IMG/VR virus record: IMGVR_UViG_3300033153_007973
Location: 124,001-188,000 of that record
Reading direction: 5' to 3' (one strand)
Length of the DNA stretch: 64,000 nucleotides
Every line of letters begins with the position of its first letter. Position 1 is the first letter of the stretch. This document shows positions 11,121-22,241 of the stretch, one piece after another. Below the pieces are notes generated by a model. That model was not told where the DNA came from. It saw only the letters and a list, made by a program, of their open reading frames with translations, and made no database searches. The position numbers were made by a program, and so were the translations under genes.

Positions 11121-13232
11121 GTGCCTAGATCAACTGCATCACTATTTACGAGTCAGATACTAAAAGATTGGCCTGGTTGGTCCGCAGCAAAGAGAGATCT
11201 AAACTCTTTTGCGCGTAGGATGATCAATCCATTCAGTCTACTATTAGATGATCTGGAACTAATGCTACCAGAACTCGAGCGAAGCTTGACGTTAGCAACT
11301 GCTGATCCAGATGCCTTTCCATACAAAGCATGGGTGTCTGATGAAGATGATATATCTAACCATCCAAATCAATATGGATCTTCAGATCAATATCTAAATG
11401 CTGTTGACTCAGTAAATGGAAATATCTCTGGTGTAGCAATCGGTATTACCGAAGTTACACCTGATAATTTCAGAATTGCAAATCCAACTGGATTCTTCGT
11501 CTCTGGATCACTCCCAATTGATAGCCTTGGATTATCTGGCGTCCCGCAAATGGGCGAGTATGACACTACAGCAGGAGAGTATCTAATAACGACCGTCTCT
11601 GGTGAACTATCCGGGGAAACCGTTGAGCCTTCATATGCACACGGCATTACAATACCAGAACAGTTTAGTAATATTGCAGAAGCTGAGCTTGGTCTCAGAA
11701 CATTTGTAGATCCAATGTATACTGATATAACTGTTGACTTTGAAGCTGCAATATCGGGTTCAAGAATGGTGCTAGATTATCATCTAGGATCTATGCCAAC
11801 TATAACCAGAACAATAGACAATGTTACTTCTGATGGAGAAGACTTAACGACCTGGACAAATACACAAGACTGGAAAACAGTATACGAGACCAGAGATGAT
11901 CTAGATAATGATGGTATCATAGATGCACGAGAAGAACAACTAATTATTCCACATCTTGGAATAAAGCGTTCTGATGACCCTGTCGCATGGGATGAATTGT
12001 ATGCACAATATGATCTCAATGGAGACGAAGTCATTGATGAACTAGATCTCCTCAGAGTACAAACTCTTGCTAATACAATAAGACCAGATGGTGGCGATAT
12101 CCTGGAATTCGGAGCAGCTGGTGCATATTCGATCACCTTCCAGATTCCAAGAGATGGATATGCTGGAACTACTTCATTCTATAGGAATGCAGTTGGTCCA
12201 GATGTGCGGATTGATTTATCAATGGAATCATTTAGGAACGAGACATTTGGACACTTGCTTACTAATTTTGACGAAGGGTATATTGATTCAGCATATGATC
12301 CATCACTTGGAGTATTCTATTACTTGGATGAAATAAATCGTTGCATCTGGGCAGTAAAATATGACGCAATTGGTATTAATAGAGATAAGTTTAAAATCAT
12401 CCTTCCCTATGAACACAAGAATACACAATTCCGCGGGATTACATATATCGATAATCTTATATATGTTCTAGTCATCATCAATGGAAAGACATGGATATAT
12501 CTCATTGAGACTAGTATATCTAATCCAGAAGCATCGCTTGTAAAGCTCCCAGTACATGCAGGAAACATTATGAATGGGGATCCAGATATTCGTATCAGGG
12601 ATGGAGAAGGTCTCTCGTCTGGCGTTACCTCTCTTGGTTCTATAGATTCAGATAGATTAATGACAATAGATGGTGATAATCTAAAGTTTCTTTATCCTCT
12701 TGTGGATGTCTATTCGAGAGATGTTAATGAACGAACGACTAAAAGCAACCTAGTGTTTAGAGAGAAATATGATTCTCTCACACCATATCCAGAAGCAACA
12801 ATGCTTCAAACATATTTCCATCTGTGGAATGTCTTCGATGAATACGCGCTCGAGCGCGGATTAGAGAGGCATCCAGGAGAGAACAATAGTAGTCTAAAAG
12901 AAACATGCTTAGATGTATATGATAATCCATGGACAATGGACCCACAGGGTATCCATTATGGAATCGCAAGATCTTTGAGATCATCACCATATATTATAAC
13001 TGATCCACTGACATATCGATTATCATCAGCACCGGCAAGTGAGCGAATCAGCGGAACACTCTTAAGACATAACGATGTTCCTGTATGGTGGGATACAATC
13101 ACTGAAGATAAGGTATATCGAGATAGCGCATATCTTTATTCAAAGTTTATGTTCTATTCAGGTGAAACAGAGATGTTTAGAATAGAGAATGATACATTAA
13201 AGGTGAATGAGGATGCACTTATATGGATCTAA
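11121..13232 (+). CDS. Baseplate wedge protein (tail I/gp7-like C-terminal domain) with dockerin-like EF-hand pair
   Basis: HLWNVFDEYALERGLERHPGENNSSLK...GIARSL resembles tail-I-like wedge motifs. Two Ca-loop-like motifs, DLDNDGIIDARE and DLNGDEVIDELD. Follows baseplate J. Confidence 0.6.
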   Translation: MPRSTASLFTSQILKDWPGWSAAKRDLNSFARRMINPFSLLLDDLELMLPELERSLTLATADPDAFPYKAWVSDEDDISNHPNQYGSSDQYLNAVDSVNGNISGVAIGITEVTPDNFRIANPTGFFVSGSLPIDSLGLSGVPQMGEYDTTAGEYLITTVSGELSGETVEPSYAHGITIPEQFSNIAEAELGLRTFVDPMYTDITVDFEAAISGSRMVLDYHLGSMPTITRTIDNVTSDGEDLTTWTNTQDWKTVYETRDDLDNDGIIDAREEQLIIPHLGIKRSDDPVAWDELYAQYDLNGDEVIDELDLLRVQTLANTIRPDGGDILEFGAAGAYSITFQIPRDGYAGTTSFYRNAVGPDVRIDLSMESFRNETFGHLLTNFDEGYIDSAYDPSLGVFYYLDEINRCIWAVKYDAIGINRDKFKIILPYEHKNTQFRGITYIDNLIYVLVIINGKTWIYLIETSISNPEASLVKLPVHAGNIMNGDPDIRIRDGEGLSSGVTSLGSIDSDRLMTIDGDNLKFLYPLVDVYSRDVNERTTKSNLVFREKYDSLTPYPEATMLQTYFHLWNVFDEYALERGLERHPGENNSSLKETCLDVYDNPWTMDPQGIHYGIARSLRSSPYIITDPLTYRLSSAPASERISGTLLRHNDVPVWWDTITEDKVYRDSAYLYSKFMFYSGETEMFRIENDTLKVNEDALIWI

Positions 13233-15307
13233 GTGGACATATTATACTTGAGTATCTGGTAAAGAACAATTCTGAGTTCCAGAATGCTGCCGCAGGTTTC
13301 GATTTCCATGCCGGAATAGATAGCTTGGATTCTATCCCTGATGTAGAAAGCCTCCTGGATGAGAATGGTGATCCAACTCAAGAGCTATTAGATCTTCTCG
13401 CTAATCTCAGAGACGCTACACTTGGATATACTGATACAGATGCAGATCATATTCGTATACACTATTTGAATGATGAAGGATTTCTCTATAACGATGCTAA
13501 TGGTTTCTTCCTAAGTGGAGAACCTACAGCAAACATGACTGATCGGATTACAAGCCTTGAAGCTATTAATATATCTAACTGGGGACATATAAGAGCAGAT
13601 GAAAGCTGGTTAGATGCCAAAGACGTACGTTCAGGATTTACTAGAGTCTTCAATACATACTATGATAAATCTGGTGAGACAAACTCCGAAGCACGATGTG
13701 GAATAGGATTTGAAGATGATCTCAATATGATCAGGATCATGAACTTTGATCCTAATGATGTCATTGGACCAGGACAGTTCACGATTAGTGGTGATATACT
13801 CACTGGTTTAATTCGTGAACAATCAATTGATCATGGCAATATCTATAACTATGCTCCTGAATTACAGGATGGCTATCTATATCTGGATGGACAGGAAACA
13901 TATCTATATGGATCTAAGGTAACTGAGGTCTTCCCAGATCACATATCTGGTTCTGTATTATCAGGTACACCAAATGACTATGCTCCAATCATGATCAGAG
14001 TTGGAACCATAGATCCTCTGACGGCCGGATGCCAAAGTGGTCTCGTGTCTGGTCATCTGATCTTTGAGAGTGACCAATTCCATGATCATCACTCTGAAGA
14101 ATGGAATGATAATGTTACACCTCTATCTCCATTCCATAAAGCCGAAGGTTTGTCTAGAGTATATATCAGTGGTACTGAGATCGAGGATAGAGAGCTCTCT
14201 GGTAATCCTATCGCAACAAACTATTATGACCACAGTGGCACAGTACAGACAATAACCTCAGGCAGTTTAGTGGTTACATATGAAGAACTGGGTGAAGATA
14301 AATGTATTCTCCCAGATACTGATCTCTCTCCGCTGACATGGGAGGATGGAGATAGGATCTTTGCGATTCAGTCACAAGAGAAAGATCCATATAGCATTGC
14401 TGGGTATCTCACTCAGAGCGTGATCCAACCAGTAGTCTCTACAGAAGTAGTCTCTGGTGATACAAATCTTATACATGTCGTAGCTAATATACGCGATGAA
14501 GATGGCGCACCTCTCAGTGGTGTCATAGTCAGATTCGACATTGAGAAATACCTCGAGAACTTATCAGGTGACATAATATCATCTACACAATCACTTGATG
14601 AATATGAAGTTTTATCATATCCATCTGGAAACAGGGTAAGAAGCATCGAGCATAAGGCCATCCTTGATGAATCATATTCTGGGGATATATTTGACTCATA
14701 TCAGATCGGACTCTTCAGAGCGATCGAGGCAGTCCAGACATATGCAATGCCAGCCAGAGCATACTTCGATGTCTCTGGTGACATAGGCTTAGTCAAATAT
14801 GCTGAGACAGACATATTCGGAAGCGCTGAACTCCCAATCAGGATACATAACTTCAATAACTATACAACTGATAATGCAATCAGGCTATCCATCTCAGGAA
14901 CACCAACAATCTCAGACATCCTCAACTTTCGGATCCTGTCAGTTGGAACATCCATCGATGGATATGTTGATACACCAGTAGATGGGTTCTCTATACCTAA
15001 TATAGCTACAAAATTCCAGTATGTGGACTTCTCCGGAGCTACTCCAGAAATAGAGCTTAATACATACCCATACGGTGGCGAACAAATGGTGAGATTATAT
15101 ACTGCAACTGATTTCTCTGATGCGCACCATGTACCAGGACTGACCTCATTTTCTGAACCTTTGGTAACTGACAGAGGATCAGAACTGTGGTATGATGGGG
15201 AAGGTCATGCACATGTGACTTTCAATGCAGCACTAAGTGGTGGTTATGTTGGCTGGGAAATGCTAATTTCACACACAGCTGACCTAATTGGAGTAAATTA
15301 TGACTAA
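13223..15307 (+). CDS. Acidic baseplate/tail structural protein, Ser-Gly-rich, with Ig-like segment
   Basis: 694-aa ORF overlapping both neighbours. VVANIRDEDGAPLSGVIVRF is an Ig/invasin-like strand pattern. 22 SG dipeptides counted by eye. Confidence 0.6.
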   Translation: MDLSGHIILEYLVKNNSEFQNAAAGFDFHAGIDSLDSIPDVESLLDENGDPTQELLDLLANLRDATLGYTDTDADHIRIHYLNDEGFLYNDANGFFLSGEPTANMTDRITSLEAINISNWGHIRADESWLDAKDVRSGFTRVFNTYYDKSGETNSEARCGIGFEDDLNMIRIMNFDPNDVIGPGQFTISGDILTGLIREQSIDHGNIYNYAPELQDGYLYLDGQETYLYGSKVTEVFPDHISGSVLSGTPNDYAPIMIRVGTIDPLTAGCQSGLVSGHLIFESDQFHDHHSEEWNDNVTPLSPFHKAEGLSRVYISGTEIEDRELSGNPIATNYYDHSGTVQTITSGSLVVTYEELGEDKCILPDTDLSPLTWEDGDRIFAIQSQEKDPYSIAGYLTQSVIQPVVSTEVVSGDTNLIHVVANIRDEDGAPLSGVIVRFDIEKYLENLSGDIISSTQSLDEYEVLSYPSGNRVRSIEHKAILDESYSGDIFDSYQIGLFRAIEAVQTYAMPARAYFDVSGDIGLVKYAETDIFGSAELPIRIHNFNNYTTDNAIRLSISGTPTISDILNFRILSVGTSIDGYVDTPVDGFSIPNIATKFQYVDFSGATPEIELNTYPYGGEQMVRLYTATDFSDAHHVPGLTSFSEPLVTDRGSELWYDGEGHAHVTFNAALSGGYVGWEMLISHTADLIGVNYD

Positions 15308-15989
15308 CTGGCTCGGCGGAGAGACAGGACTGGAAGCACTTGAGATAGGACGAACAAGCCTTTGGTATACCAAGGTTGTGGGCGAAGTGCCGGAAGCAAT
15401 AATAGTTCCATATGTCACTATTGGATTACATGAAGTGGGCGCCATCCATGTAACTAAATACATTGCAAAGGATTATTCTCTGAGAGTATATCTGAATGGA
15501 ATATTGGTTACCACTCAAGAAGAAGGACAGGGTAGATTTAGCATAGTATCTGACATGTTAGGATGGATTATGATTGACTATCTTCCAATAAAGATAGGAC
15601 AAAATAACTTCTATATTGGAAAGAAGATACTACCAACCAAATACAACTGGATATTGTGTCCTCTAAAGAAGGTACATCTAACGAACTTAATCACAGCCAT
15701 CAATGCTGCAGAATTAGATCTTCATCTGGAGAAGACTCTTTGGCCAGTAGGCAGACTTGGTGCACTGAGTGAATCAGCAGAAGTTACGACCTCATCTGTA
15801 GTAGATAAATCACTATTTACTCAGATCGTATCAGCGATAAACTATCTTAGATACGTGCTTGTAAACACTCACCAGAAACTAGTACCAGGGTCTAATATTA
15901 CATTCTCTACAAATATTATAGATCCTGAGTTCATTATGAATGCAAGAACGCAGATCAACGATATAGAACAGGTGATCATTACATTATGA
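15300..15989 (+). CDS. Hypothetical virion protein
   Basis: 229-aa ORF overlapping both neighbours within the tail operon (ATGA overlap at 3' end). Confidence 0.6.
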   Translation: MTNWLGGETGLEALEIGRTSLWYTKVVGEVPEAIIVPYVTIGLHEVGAIHVTKYIAKDYSLRVYLNGILVTTQEEGQGRFSIVSDMLGWIMIDYLPIKIGQNNFYIGKKILPTKYNWILCPLKKVHLTNLITAINAAELDLHLEKTLWPVGRLGALSESAEVTTSSVVDKSLFTQIVSAINYLRYVLVNTHQKLVPGSNITFSTNIIDPEFIMNARTQINDIEQVIITL

Positions 15990-18013
15990 AGCCCATTATC
16001 GCTAATAGATTAAATAACGATAACGTGAATATCGCATTTGTAAAAGCGACACGGCTCAAGTCACAGGACTGTATTCAGATCCAGGACAAGTCTATCACGT
16101 ATCCAGATAATCTACTCCCCGTACTAACTGGCACAATACAGACAGATTCAAGTCCAAGTGGCGCATTGTCTTTCCCTAATGCGACCAATGATATTATGAT
16201 CACCAATCAGTCACAATATGTATATAGTGAAGGAAGACGGATACCGCTATGGTATCAGTATTCTGTCTCAGAGAGATATCATAACACTACAGCAAGAATC
16301 GGAAACATCAAACACACTGATGTTACTGAGGGTACTGAATATAGCTTTGTACCTCAGACATCAGAAGAACTCGTGGTAAGAAATACAGTAATAGTCCAAT
16401 GGCTGGATGGTGCATCATGGACTACAATAGATACAGATGATTATGTGCTAGATCTTGGGCGCAGATCCATCAAACTTAGTGTCGCTACATATAATACTGA
16501 AACCATTAGGATTAGCTTCTATGCTATTAATCATGACATCACTGTGATTGATCAAGAGGGAGATGACCTTCCAAAAGATGAATTCATGATTGTATTAGAT
16601 AGATTCAAAACCAACCCAGGCGGAGCAGATGAATTTGCTGAAGACACAATCAATCCAACACTCAATGACTTATATTTCTGTACAATATATCTAAAGGAGA
16701 CTCCTCAGAAAGATGAGACATTCATAGTAAAGTATCGTACAGTGGATGAGAACATTGTTACAGAAGAACGCGAGGAGATTATTAATCCAATCACTATCTA
16801 TGAAGAGATCGATGCATTTACATCTGAAGATAGGAATGATATGAAGTATGTCATCGAGACAGACTATTCGATCTCAACTAAACTCAATGACCATGATACT
16901 ATATATGTGAAGCAAGTAGCCAGAAGGAACTCAAAGATTGGTCTCCTAGAACCACAGGATGTACCACATGATCAGATGTGGTTCATAGAGACAGCATCAC
17001 AAGATACAATCATTGATGGATATACATACAACCTACTGGAGGAGAATTCCTTCCAGAGAACAAATGGCTTTATCATTAAAGAGCACACTGAGATTGCTCA
17101 GATGCTCACCGCGGGTAAGATTAAGACAAAGTATAATAATATTCTATCAATCAGAAACTCGACTGGTTTCTCTGGAATCAGCATCAGAACAAACAATATA
17201 GATATAACATCATTCATTACTGACATTGATTCCAAAAATGGAATCATTCATCTTCAATCAAACTTCCCATTCCATCATGGGAATACAATAATTACATACA
17301 AGACAATGCATAAATATGTTCCATATGATAAGCTCTGTGTTAACGCATATAGAATCTTTGACTTAGTCTCAGATTATATCGTGGATAAATATGCTGTGAT
17401 ATATATGTTACCTCAGAGTGAACTGAAAGCATCGATGGGAAGAAGTATCTTCCATCTGAACATATATAAGCATCCAGAAATGCTCTTCGAAACTGTACCG
17501 AGTTATAAGCAAACCATCGATGGCGCAATTGATTACATTGTCGAAACAGATGATTTAGGACAAAGCAATCTGTATAATCTTATTCCAGAATACATCGATA
17601 GCGGCGCCGGTGATGAGTTACATCCAATCATTCTTGGTGTGGTATCTGTAACTTCCCCAGTAACTGCAGCAAGCTTGGAGTTCATTGATATCAGAAGAGC
17701 AGGTGGAGGAGTGAGAGAGTCTGAGACATATCTGGAACATCTCCATCCTGATATTCGTCATAACCTGGATATTGCACATTGGAATGCCTTCAATTATAAT
17801 CTTGACAACATTGCAGTTGTGCGCATTCCAGAAACAATCCGTACTGAATTGATCGAGAAGATGAAGCAATATGACACAAAGCTCATCAGATTGCTTAGGA
17901 ATGATCCTGATCATGATGTGGAAGAGTATGTAGAAACCTTTATCCGAAACAGAGTTCGAAAGTATCTCAGAGCAGGGTGCCATTTTAGTATCGAATATGT
18001 GGAGAGTGCATAG
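15986..18013 (+). CDS. Baseplate structural protein
   Basis: 675-aa coupled ORF. The C-terminal FIDIRRAGGG...LDIAHW motif resembles baseplate proteins of large myoviruses (from memory). Confidence 0.55.
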   Translation: MKPIIANRLNNDNVNIAFVKATRLKSQDCIQIQDKSITYPDNLLPVLTGTIQTDSSPSGALSFPNATNDIMITNQSQYVYSEGRRIPLWYQYSVSERYHNTTARIGNIKHTDVTEGTEYSFVPQTSEELVVRNTVIVQWLDGASWTTIDTDDYVLDLGRRSIKLSVATYNTETIRISFYAINHDITVIDQEGDDLPKDEFMIVLDRFKTNPGGADEFAEDTINPTLNDLYFCTIYLKETPQKDETFIVKYRTVDENIVTEEREEIINPITIYEEIDAFTSEDRNDMKYVIETDYSISTKLNDHDTIYVKQVARRNSKIGLLEPQDVPHDQMWFIETASQDTIIDGYTYNLLEENSFQRTNGFIIKEHTEIAQMLTAGKIKTKYNNILSIRNSTGFSGISIRTNNIDITSFITDIDSKNGIIHLQSNFPFHHGNTIITYKTMHKYVPYDKLCVNAYRIFDLVSDYIVDKYAVIYMLPQSELKASMGRSIFHLNIYKHPEMLFETVPSYKQTIDGAIDYIVETDDLGQSNLYNLIPEYIDSGAGDELHPIILGVVSVTSPVTAASLEFIDIRRAGGGVRESETYLEHLHPDIRHNLDIAHWNAFNYNLDNIAVVRIPETIRTELIEKMKQYDTKLIRLLRNDPDHDVEEYVETFIRNRVRKYLRAGCHFSIEYVESA

Positions 18014-20703
18014 TGGCTGACATATTAGAACCGAGATATTATAAGCAACCTTATATTGAGAATTATCTCAAAGAGATCAAGGCATATCTATTCAAGACTA
18101 TAAGTAGTCCTGAGACCCAAATTGCCCCAATTCTCAGTGAGGTAACACAGCATATAGAAACAGCGATGGATCAAGTCAGAGTCAATGGGCAAGCATCTGT
18201 TCCATTTGAATTTGAATCTCAGAAGCTACGATCTAATAACTACAATGAGATGATTGAGAATATCCAAATCGACCTTGCTGTGCTATATGATAATCTCTCG
18301 AGCTTCGTAACGATTCTAACCCAGACAGTCATCATGATGGACAGAGTTATTAGTAAGATGATTAGCAAAGTAGATGATCAGACAAGTCGTATCCAGAGTC
18401 TGGAGGCATTGAGCAATCTCCATGTGGAATTTGATGAGGTTATACATAACTCATTTACTTCTGATGATAATACATATCCAATTCGCGACTCATCCACGAT
18501 TAACAAGGATACCGCTGGAGTTATTACATTAAACACCGTGAATGTCGATGATATTGTCAAAGATGAACTTGGATATGATCTATATCTGAAGCCAGTCACC
18601 CGGGGCGCTTTGACCGTCATCAATAATGAAACACTTGCTGCTGAATCATTTGTCAATACAATGGACATGGATATCATATCTGATTCTCCTGCAGGAATAG
18701 AATATGCAATTATCATTGTTCTTCCAGCAGCAAAATGGATCAATAATATTTCATTTGGGCAGTTTTCATCCCATGCTCTTACCATAGAAGGAATCTTCTA
18801 TGTTAGTGATATTAATACAAGTTCCGATTCTACTAACTGGACAGAGATCAACACACGAACCGATGTGTTCAACTATCGAAACTTTAACTTTAATTTCGAG
18901 CAGGTCGATGCACGCAGTATTATGATTAAGGTCAAGCAAGAGAAGTATAAGATCAAGAAGATAGCTGCAGACATGGCCAGCAGACTATTCTTTAGTGGAG
19001 AGACAAGAAGCTTTAGTGATGTCCTTCATGAAATAGGTAAGAATAGCACACAGAATACTAGCGGTTTCAACCAGGTTGTGCCAACTATTGTCCGAGAGAG
19101 TATCGATAAGAAGATCAAAGTGCTCATCCAAAATGCTATTGATACTCTTAATCTAGACTTGAACTCAGAGGACGGTAACAAGGGAGATTTGACATCCACA
19201 TATTGGTACAACATTGGCATGTTCGATCTTAGGATATATAATAATAGATATCAGGATGATAATATATATAGATCACAGACATTCGGTGGACGTGGTGACA
19301 TTACAGCGGTTACTCTTGTTAAGAATGACAATGTCCCTGATGGAACACTTGCAAATTATTATCTTGAAGTAGGCGGTGATGTACATCGATTCGATTCAAA
19401 TGATGAATGGATGACAGATATCATCACTATAAATGATACAACTGTTAAGACATATAACACAGATCTATTTCTAGATTCTGCAATAAACATTGAAGTAACT
19501 AGAAATGGGTCGATTGTTGGTGGCGCCAACTATTCGATTCGTAAACCATATGCAACATCACAAATGGCATATGGTATCACATTTGACAACTCATATACAC
19601 TGGGTCTTGGTGACTTCGTTACGATCAAATATAAAGTTGCTTCAGTCAACGATCTTGGAAATCCATATAGTCCTAACACACTTAACATTGTGGATATAGG
19701 TGGAAAGCCAAATCTTCGCAACCAGCTTGAAGATGGTAATCTTCAGAGAATGATCATAGAGACACAGAATGGTGACTTCGTTTCTTACAGCATCACTAAT
19801 GATGAAGCACACCCGTTCCTCATCCCATCTAGTGCATCTGGAGATATCCCCGAGTTTGGATATGGTATAAAGAGTAAGAAGAGCATGAATGATTCCATAT
19901 TCCCTCCATATGTAGATCTAGTTGCACCATATCTTTATGGAATCTCAGGAGAATATGTTACTCCTCCGCAAAGAGCGATCTACTATGGTATTATCAATGA
20001 GAATATCAGTGGAGGCGGAGGTACATCATTCAATACTGCATATGATTACATACCAGGTTCTCTACATGTATATATGTCGGGAAGACCTTTGATCACATCC
20101 GAGTATGATACAGATACATCATATCCCGGTAATGATAAGAATGCATTCACAACACCTCTGCACTCTGGTATCGATGGTATTATGAAGACATCATATATCC
20201 CACTCAGTGGAGATGTTGGTGCTCAGCAAAGTAACATTGCTGAACAGAACAGGACAGAACTTTTCTTTGGTACCGATGAAGATAACGTCATTACTCTGGA
20301 GTTTGGGATCTATATCGATCCGCGAATCATTGGTGACACATCTACTGTTCCTCCAATCTGGAGAGAGGGAGATGGAATCTTTGTGCTTGAGTATAATAAT
20401 GATGTAGTATATGAACCGGTTATCATTACCATCAGAGGCAAAAGAGCACGAAACCTTACTGACTATGTGGGTAATACGAAGCCTGAGTTTACAGAGTTTA
20501 GTCCAGCCAGGAGAAACTACGAATATTATGTAGAGGCAAATCGTGTATACTTCAATACAAATATAGATCTTGAGATTACAGTAAGATACTATGTGCTCCC
20601 CGATATCTTAGCTTCTGTAATAAAACTATACAGAACAGATAGAAGCATTGATACGGCCACGCCGGCCATCTATGACTATAGCAACTTTATCGATAAGGCA
20701 TAA
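18013..20703 (+). CDS. Baseplate arm-like structural protein (paralog 1)
   Basis: N-terminal coiled coil SNNYNEMIENIQIDLAVLY, beta-rich body, C-terminal TPAIYDY motif shared with three downstream genes. Confidence 0.6.
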   Translation: MADILEPRYYKQPYIENYLKEIKAYLFKTISSPETQIAPILSEVTQHIETAMDQVRVNGQASVPFEFESQKLRSNNYNEMIENIQIDLAVLYDNLSSFVTILTQTVIMMDRVISKMISKVDDQTSRIQSLEALSNLHVEFDEVIHNSFTSDDNTYPIRDSSTINKDTAGVITLNTVNVDDIVKDELGYDLYLKPVTRGALTVINNETLAAESFVNTMDMDIISDSPAGIEYAIIIVLPAAKWINNISFGQFSSHALTIEGIFYVSDINTSSDSTNWTEINTRTDVFNYRNFNFNFEQVDARSIMIKVKQEKYKIKKIAADMASRLFFSGETRSFSDVLHEIGKNSTQNTSGFNQVVPTIVRESIDKKIKVLIQNAIDTLNLDLNSEDGNKGDLTSTYWYNIGMFDLRIYNNRYQDDNIYRSQTFGGRGDITAVTLVKNDNVPDGTLANYYLEVGGDVHRFDSNDEWMTDIITINDTTVKTYNTDLFLDSAINIEVTRNGSIVGGANYSIRKPYATSQMAYGITFDNSYTLGLGDFVTIKYKVASVNDLGNPYSPNTLNIVDIGGKPNLRNQLEDGNLQRMIIETQNGDFVSYSITNDEAHPFLIPSSASGDIPEFGYGIKSKKSMNDSIFPPYVDLVAPYLYGISGEYVTPPQRAIYYGIINENISGGGGTSFNTAYDYIPGSLHVYMSGRPLITSEYDTDTSYPGNDKNAFTTPLHSGIDGIMKTSYIPLSGDVGAQQSNIAEQNRTELFFGTDEDNVITLEFGIYIDPRIIGDTSTVPPIWREGDGIFVLEYNNDVVYEPVIITIRGKRARNLTDYVGNTKPEFTEFSPARRNYEYYVEANRVYFNTNIDLEITVRYYVLPDILASVIKLYRTDRSIDTATPAIYDYSNFIDKA

Positions 20704-20705
20704 AG

Positions 20706-22241
20706 ATGACAACGCTTATACAATATCAAATCGACGAGATCAAGACTGAACTGGAAGAGCTAGTCAACCAGACTGGTCCATTAGTGGACATCAGAATGGC
20801 CGAAAAGATTCTTAGACAGCTCAATCATCTAGTAGAGACAGGTGGATTTCCAGAGTTTACGATTAGTGATGTTCGCTTCACAGATCCTTTACAATCAAAG
20901 CATCTAAATGATATGCAAAATCAGATACATAAAGTGATGACTGTGTCTCGAGATGTTCTTGAAGAGATGACAGATAAGTTTAATACAGTGCTCGATAAAT
21001 TCACCACTGCAATAAATAAGTCAAGTCAAATGATTGAGACCTCGACTTCTTCTATCGATAACATCGAAGAACAAGTCAAAGAAAGAAGCACCAATGCTTC
21101 TATTCATACACATGAACTGAAGGTAATCAATTTCAACTTCAATTATAAAGAGAACATTAGTAATATTATTGCAGACCACACCATGACATTACCAATAGTA
21201 TCAAAAAAGACACTTGCATTAACACCAAGTCTTAAGGTAGTTCAGCCATCTAATGCAATGATTACAAAACTGAATGACATGGAAGATGTCAGAGATAAAG
21301 ATCTCTTCCGTGGATCATTTATCGGCCGCCTCATTGCTCCACTTGATTCCATTCGCTGGGGCAGAGACTACGGACTCAGTAATGCATTTGATGGTTCTTC
21401 AAACACTGACTTCATTGTACAAACAATAGGATGGCAGGCAGAATCTCAAGTCGACATCATGGTAAAGATGCCAAGGCTGCACAGTGCCAACATTATTACT
21501 ATAGATACAAATGCATCAAGAACACACGTTGACTTTCTTGGAGGAACAACGACATTGACTGTGGTTCCAAGAAATGGTCTTATCATTGGTGATAGAAAGA
21601 CGAATGCACTGAATTTCAGATTGAGAAACGAATTTGTAACTTATCCCACATATAATGTTCTAAAGCTGAAGGAGCGAGAATCCAAGGAGACCGTAAGTAT
21701 CCTAAACTTCTCCGAAACTCTGGAAGCAATGAACCTAGCAAAAGAGATCTTTGGACCAAATCAAATTGTAGTAGATGTAGGTGATAGTGATCTGGAAGAG
21801 GTTGAAAAGAAAGCCATTCCAGTAGTAGAAACAATAGTAGATAACATTTCAGTGACAGAAGCGATATTTGGAACCAATACACTGTGGCAATCAAATGCAA
21901 TCAAGACTGAAGATAACATTATCTCAGTCGAGATCAATGCAGAAACAACTGTACCAGATTCAGGAAGAGAGCTATTGAAGTTCTTTATCTCATTTGATGA
22001 AGAAGAATGGCATCAGGTAAGAAATGCAACAGGTGCAGTGAACTCATTCAATGTCAATTATCCAACAAGAATTGTTCTGAATGGTGATGAGCTCATTAAT
22101 GAATATCTATATCTTCCAGAGATAAAGGAACAGAAGAAAGTATATCTGAAGATTGAGATGGCTGCAGCAGATTCAAACAAGGATACGCCAGTTATTTACT
22201 CACTAAAACTTAAGATCAAAACAGATCAGGTGGCTGAATAA
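20706..22241 (+). CDS. Baseplate arm-like structural protein (paralog 2)
   Basis: SKHLNDMQNQI coiled coil, FFISFDEEEW, C-terminal DTPVIYSLKL. Confidence 0.6.
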   Translation: MTTLIQYQIDEIKTELEELVNQTGPLVDIRMAEKILRQLNHLVETGGFPEFTISDVRFTDPLQSKHLNDMQNQIHKVMTVSRDVLEEMTDKFNTVLDKFTTAINKSSQMIETSTSSIDNIEEQVKERSTNASIHTHELKVINFNFNYKENISNIIADHTMTLPIVSKKTLALTPSLKVVQPSNAMITKLNDMEDVRDKDLFRGSFIGRLIAPLDSIRWGRDYGLSNAFDGSSNTDFIVQTIGWQAESQVDIMVKMPRLHSANIITIDTNASRTHVDFLGGTTTLTVVPRNGLIIGDRKTNALNFRLRNEFVTYPTYNVLKLKERESKETVSILNFSETLEAMNLAKEIFGPNQIVVDVGDSDLEEVEKKAIPVVETIVDNISVTEAIFGTNTLWQSNAIKTEDNIISVEINAETTVPDSGRELLKFFISFDEEEWHQVRNATGAVNSFNVNYPTRIVLNGDELINEYLYLPEIKEQKKVYLKIEMAAADSNKDTPVIYSLKLKIKTDQVAE

